Of a DNA stretch of 64,000 bases, positions 61,296 through 64,000 are shown piece by piece; position 1 is the stretch's first letter; each line of letters opens with the position of its first letter. The notes under the pieces were generated by a model. That model was given only the letters and a program-made list of their open reading frames with translations, was not told where the DNA came from and did not search any database. This DNA comes from Hydrogenothermaceae bacterium (GTDB taxonomy: Bacteria; Aquificota; Aquificia; Aquificales; Hydrogenothermaceae), in assembly GCA_041287495.1 (NCBI GenBank), contig JBEULE010000042.1, positions 6,139-70,138 of the forward strand, read 5' to 3'. The position numbers were made by a program, and so were the translations under genes.

Positions 61296-61696
61296 AGCTT
61301 CTGCTGAACCCTTATAACTTTTCCAAGTAGATTAATCTTTGAAAAATCTTCAACATTAACTTTAGTTTTCTTTTTCCTCATCCCATCTGTAAGTATGACA
61401 ATATTCTCTTTCTTCTCTACGAATCTAAAAAGCCCCCATCTACCTCTCTCTCTAAAGAGTATAATATCATCCATTTCAACAACCAGGGGAGGGACTCTGC
61501 CTACCAAAATCCAGAGGTTCTTAAGATTTATCCAGAAACAGTTTTCTTCAAAGTCTGGTATATACTCTACTAAAACCAGTGGTGTTTCTACGTTATCCTT
61601 CTGGATAAGCTCTCCTGTTTTTTCATTCACAAAAAAACTCTTTAAACTTACTTTATCTATAGTTTCAGGCAAGTTTTTTAGCTGGGATTGTTGCAT
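61292..61696 (-). CDS. hypothetical protein
   Basis: 134 aa with no family recognised. Poor RBS. The first 32 nt overlap the upstream ORF. Confidence 0.35.
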   Translation of the reverse strand: MQQSQLKNLPETIDKVSLKSFFVNEKTGELIQKDNVETPLVLVEYIPDFEENCFWINLKNLWILVGRVPPLVVEMDDIILFRERGRWGLFRFVEKKENIVILTDGMRKKKTKVNVEDFSKINLLGKVIRVQQKL

Positions 61697-61913
61697 TTCT
61701 TGTCTGTTCTTTAAGAATATTTATAGATTGAGCTACCATAAAAAAAGCATGTTCAAGATTTATAAGGGCAGCTTCAAAATCCCTATCTTCTGTTTGAAAT
61801 CTCAACTTTCTAACTTCTTTGAAAAGCTCGTCAACATTTGTCCCAAGTTCGTAAGCCAAAGTAAACACTTTTGCTACTAACGTTTCAAGCTGTTTTCTCT
61901 CTTCTGCTGTCAT
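61665..61913 (-). CDS. hypothetical small helical protein
   Basis: 82 aa. GGAG RBS 7 nt upstream, overlapping the purQ stop. Confidence 0.35.
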   Translation of the reverse strand: MTAEERKQLETLVAKVFTLAYELGTNVDELFKEVRKLRFQTEDRDFEAALINLEHAFFMVAQSINILKEQTRNATIPAKKLA

Positions 61914-61923
61914 ATTTAATCTC

Positions 61924-62607
61924 CTATCCTTCTAATAATGATTTTAAAAACAAAAGCCCATCTTCACTACCAAGTATAGATTCACAGGCTCTCTCTGGAT
62001 GTGGCATAAGTCCAAACACATTTTTATTTTTATTAGATACTCCAGCTATACTAGATACAGAACCGTTGGGATTGCTTTCTTCTGAAATATTGCCATTTTC
62101 ATCACAGTATCTTAATATTATCTGTCCATTCTCTTCCATCTGTTTCAATGTATCTTCATCTACAAAGTAATTTCCATCATGATGAGCTATGGGAAGTTTA
62201 ACTACCTGACCTTTCGAAAGTTTATTTGTGAATGCAGTTTGATTGTTCTCAACTCTCAAAAATTGGTGCTTACATACAAACTTTCCATGACTGTTAGGAA
62301 GTAAAGCTCCAGGAAGGAGGTGAGCTTCCGTTAAAATCTGAAATCCATTACATATACCTACAACAAACTTACCTTTTTCTGCAAAATCTCTAAGAGCATA
62401 TGTTAGAGGAGTATGGGATGCCAAAGCTCCAGGTCTTAAATAATCACCAAAGGAAAATCCCCCTGGTAATATAATACAGTCAAATTTATCTATATCGGTT
62501 TGACGATAATCAACAAACTCCACATCTTTTTTTAGTATATCCCTTATAACATAGTATGTATCATAATCACAGTTTGACCCTGGATAAACAGCAACTCCAA
62601 ACCTCAA
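61924..62607 (-). CDS. purQ: phosphoribosylformylglycinamidine synthase glutaminase subunit PurQ
   Basis: GFSFGDY and GICNGFQIL (catalytic Cys) motifs. The start is set to TTG 62607 behind GTGGAGG, giving LRFGVAVYPGSNCD. The track's upstream TTG 62634 would overlap purS. Confidence 0.85.
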   Translation of the reverse strand: MRFGVAVYPGSNCDYDTYYVIRDILKKDVEFVDYRQTDIDKFDCIILPGGFSFGDYLRPGALASHTPLTYALRDFAEKGKFVVGICNGFQILTEAHLLPGALLPNSHGKFVCKHQFLRVENNQTAFTNKLSKGQVVKLPIAHHDGNYFVDEDTLKQMEENGQIILRYCDENGNISEESNPNGSVSSIAGVSNKNKNVFGLMPHPERACESILGSEDGLLFLKSLLEG

Positions 62608-62608
62608 A

Positions 62609-62854
62609 TTAATCCTCCACAATCTCAAACTCAAAATCTTCTATAAGGTCATTAACTAAAGCTTTTTTTGCCATTTCTATAGCTTGCTTCTTCCCTTTTT
62701 CTTTATCATTCTCATCTATATAAACTTCTATATACTTTCCTACAAAAACTTTTCCAACATTATCAAATCCAAGGGATTTTAGATTTTCAGACACTGCTCT
62801 TCCCTGAGGATCGAGGACACCTTTCCTAGGCTTTATAAAAAACTTTATAAGCAT
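62609..62854 (-). CDS. purS: phosphoribosylformylglycinamidine synthase subunit PurS
   Basis: 81 aa of the PurS family (KPRKGVLDPQG). Confidence 0.85.
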   Translation of the reverse strand: MLIKFFIKPRKGVLDPQGRAVSENLKSLGFDNVGKVFVGKYIEVYIDENDKEKGKKQAIEMAKKALVNDLIEDFEFEIVED

Positions 62855-62909
62855 CTACTCACCTCTTAAATAAGTTTAAAAAATTATATCATACAGTATT
62901 TAAAAGATA

Positions 62910-63881
62910 TTAAGGCATTCTTTGATAGGATAAAACAGTATCTAAAAGTATATCCGGAGTTACAACGGCAGTTCCTATTTCACCAACAACATATCCGGCT
63001 CCGTAGTTTGCAAGTGTAGCAGATTCTTCCCAACTTCCCCCAGAAAGTTTAGAAGCTGCCAATATAGATACAACAGTATCTCCAGCTCCAGTTACATCAA
63101 AAACTTTTTTTGCTTTAGCTGGAATTCTTTTTACAGACCTACCTTCAAAAAGTGCCACACCTTCAGCTCCTAAAGTTATAAGAAGAGTATCTATGGATAA
63201 CTGATCCATTATCCTATATCCAACTTCCTCTAAAGATATATTTCCGGAAGCTTTTATGCACTCATACGCTTCTTTTTTATTAGGTGTCATTATAGTTATA
63301 TTTTTGTAAAGATTAAAGTTTTTTGGCTTTGGATCAACAAAAACAGGTTTTCCGGTAGATATACATAACTTAACTATCTCTTCAAAAATAACACCTTTTC
63401 CATAGTCAGAAATTATAAAACCTTCAAAATCAGAAGATATAATTTCTAATTTTTTTAGTATCTCTCTTTTAACTGGCAAAGATAAGTCTTCTCTTGATTC
63501 TCTATCTATTCTGAGTAGTTGTTGACTTACAGCTATTATTCTAGTCTTTTCTATTGTTGGACGACTTTCATCTATAACAAGGTTTGGAGTTATATTCTTA
63601 TCTAGCAACATCTTCTCTATCAACTTTCCATTTTCATCTTTTCCAACAACACCTAAGATTACCGTTTTTACTCCTAAGGCTGATAAATTCCAGGCAACAT
63701 TTGAAGCCCCTCCAAGATTGTAAGTCTCTCTCTTTACATCAACAATCGGGACTGGAGCCTCAGGAGATATTCTCTCTACATCTCCCCACAGATATTTATC
63801 AAGAATAATATCTCCTATTACAGCAATCTTTCTATCTTTAAACCTATTTATTAAAAATTTTGCCCTTTCTATAGTTATCAA
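62910..63881 (-). CDS. D-glycero-beta-D-manno-heptose-7-phosphate kinase (RfaE domain I / HldA-like, PfkB family)
   Basis: 323 aa. Ribokinase-like DVTGAGDT and an N-terminus similar to HldE kinase domain. Confidence 0.75.
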   Translation of the reverse strand: MITIERAKFLINRFKDRKIAVIGDIILDKYLWGDVERISPEAPVPIVDVKRETYNLGGASNVAWNLSALGVKTVILGVVGKDENGKLIEKMLLDKNITPNLVIDESRPTIEKTRIIAVSQQLLRIDRESREDLSLPVKREILKKLEIISSDFEGFIISDYGKGVIFEEIVKLCISTGKPVFVDPKPKNFNLYKNITIMTPNKKEAYECIKASGNISLEEVGYRIMDQLSIDTLLITLGAEGVALFEGRSVKRIPAKAKKVFDVTGAGDTVVSILAASKLSGGSWEESATLANYGAGYVVGEIGTAVVTPDILLDTVLSYQRMP

Positions 63882-63893
63882 AGGATTTTCACC

Positions 63894-64000
63894 TTATGGA
63901 AATAAAATAGTTAAATCTCTTATATATCTATCTTCTTCAATACCTATCATCAAGTTAAAATTTTGGAGAGCCTGTGTAGATGCACCTTTTGATAGATTAT
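63894..64000 (-). CDS. C-terminal fragment of an unidentified gene running off the window edge
   Basis: Open frame on the minus strand ending ...IGIEEDRYIRDLTILFP* at 63894. Only about 35 aa are visible. Confidence 0.2.
   Translation of the reverse strand, partial: NLSKGASTQALQNFNLMIGIEEDRYIRDLTILFP

Noticed and set aside
61395-62170. Two plus-strand ORFs (161 and 99 aa)
   Set aside because: Antisense to the minus-strand gene string (hypothetical pair, purQ). The minus-strand genes have RBSs and family matches.
1-64000. CRISPR arrays, transposases, integrases, prophage or restriction-modification systems
   Set aside because: No direct-repeat/spacer periodicity anywhere. No ORF with transposase, integrase, phage structural or RM features. 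Both tRNA-Arg genes are flanked by housekeeping genes, not by island-like cargo.

Overview
This is a 64-kb, very gene-dense (roughly 90% coding), AT-rich chromosomal window. It carries core housekeeping genes plus a few accessory-looking inserts. Gene content suggests a thermophilic Aquificae-type bacterium: scattered ATP-synthase genes, a c-subunit with a signal peptide, an archaeal-type myo-inositol-1-phosphate synthase, tandem c555-like cytochromes, and a split biotin carboxylase. This assignment is inference, not identification.

I call about 85 protein genes and 3 tRNAs (Leu-CAA, Arg-ACG, Arg-CCG). There is no rRNA, no CRISPR array, and no transposase, integrase or phage gene.

Gene blocks in order:
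- glmS(partial)-pdxJ-rnc-fabF-acpP-fabG (minus strand)
- outer membrane protein, yggU, inositol-phosphate synthase, serA
- radical SAM gene
- speH
- leuC, DUF2892, ruvX, mltG
- dnaJ-like, grpE
- methyltransferase, atpC
- tRNA-Leu, infC (AUU start)
- nadB, yvcK, mtnA-like, rimO
- dtd, tetR, DHH phosphoesterase
- nrdB-nrdA under NrdR control
- MFS transporter
- peroxiredoxin
- two tandem c-type cytochromes
- stomatin, cutA
- aspC
- thioredoxin-like lipoprotein, moaE, trmFO
- atpB, usp-like, atpE
- rpmH-rnpA-yidD-yidC-mnmE-rho-rpmE-prfA
- tRNA-Arg
- CpxP-like protein with an OmpR/histidine-kinase pair
- lpxB-pycB-resB-spoVG-pfkA
- mnmA
- pilC-pilT-pilB
- accC, MBL hydrolase, nfo
- tRNA-Arg
- tlpA-like, two unknown small genes, purQ-purS
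- heptose kinase

The most notable observations:
- The NrdB lacks the radical tyrosine (Phe at that position) and has Glu as the first metal ligand, i.e. a class Ic-like signature. It sits behind two canonical NrdR boxes in a sigma70 promoter.
- A 29-codon upstream ORF with a duplicated perfect Shine-Dalgarno (SD) sequence overlaps the speH start.
- A GC-rich, pseudoknot-capable leader lies upstream of the radical-SAM gene.
- There is a sigma54-type -24/-12 motif in front of the cytochrome c pair.
- A CpxP/CpxRA-like envelope-stress module is present.
- Two unknown, overlapping small genes are embedded between purQ and a TlpA-like redoxin.
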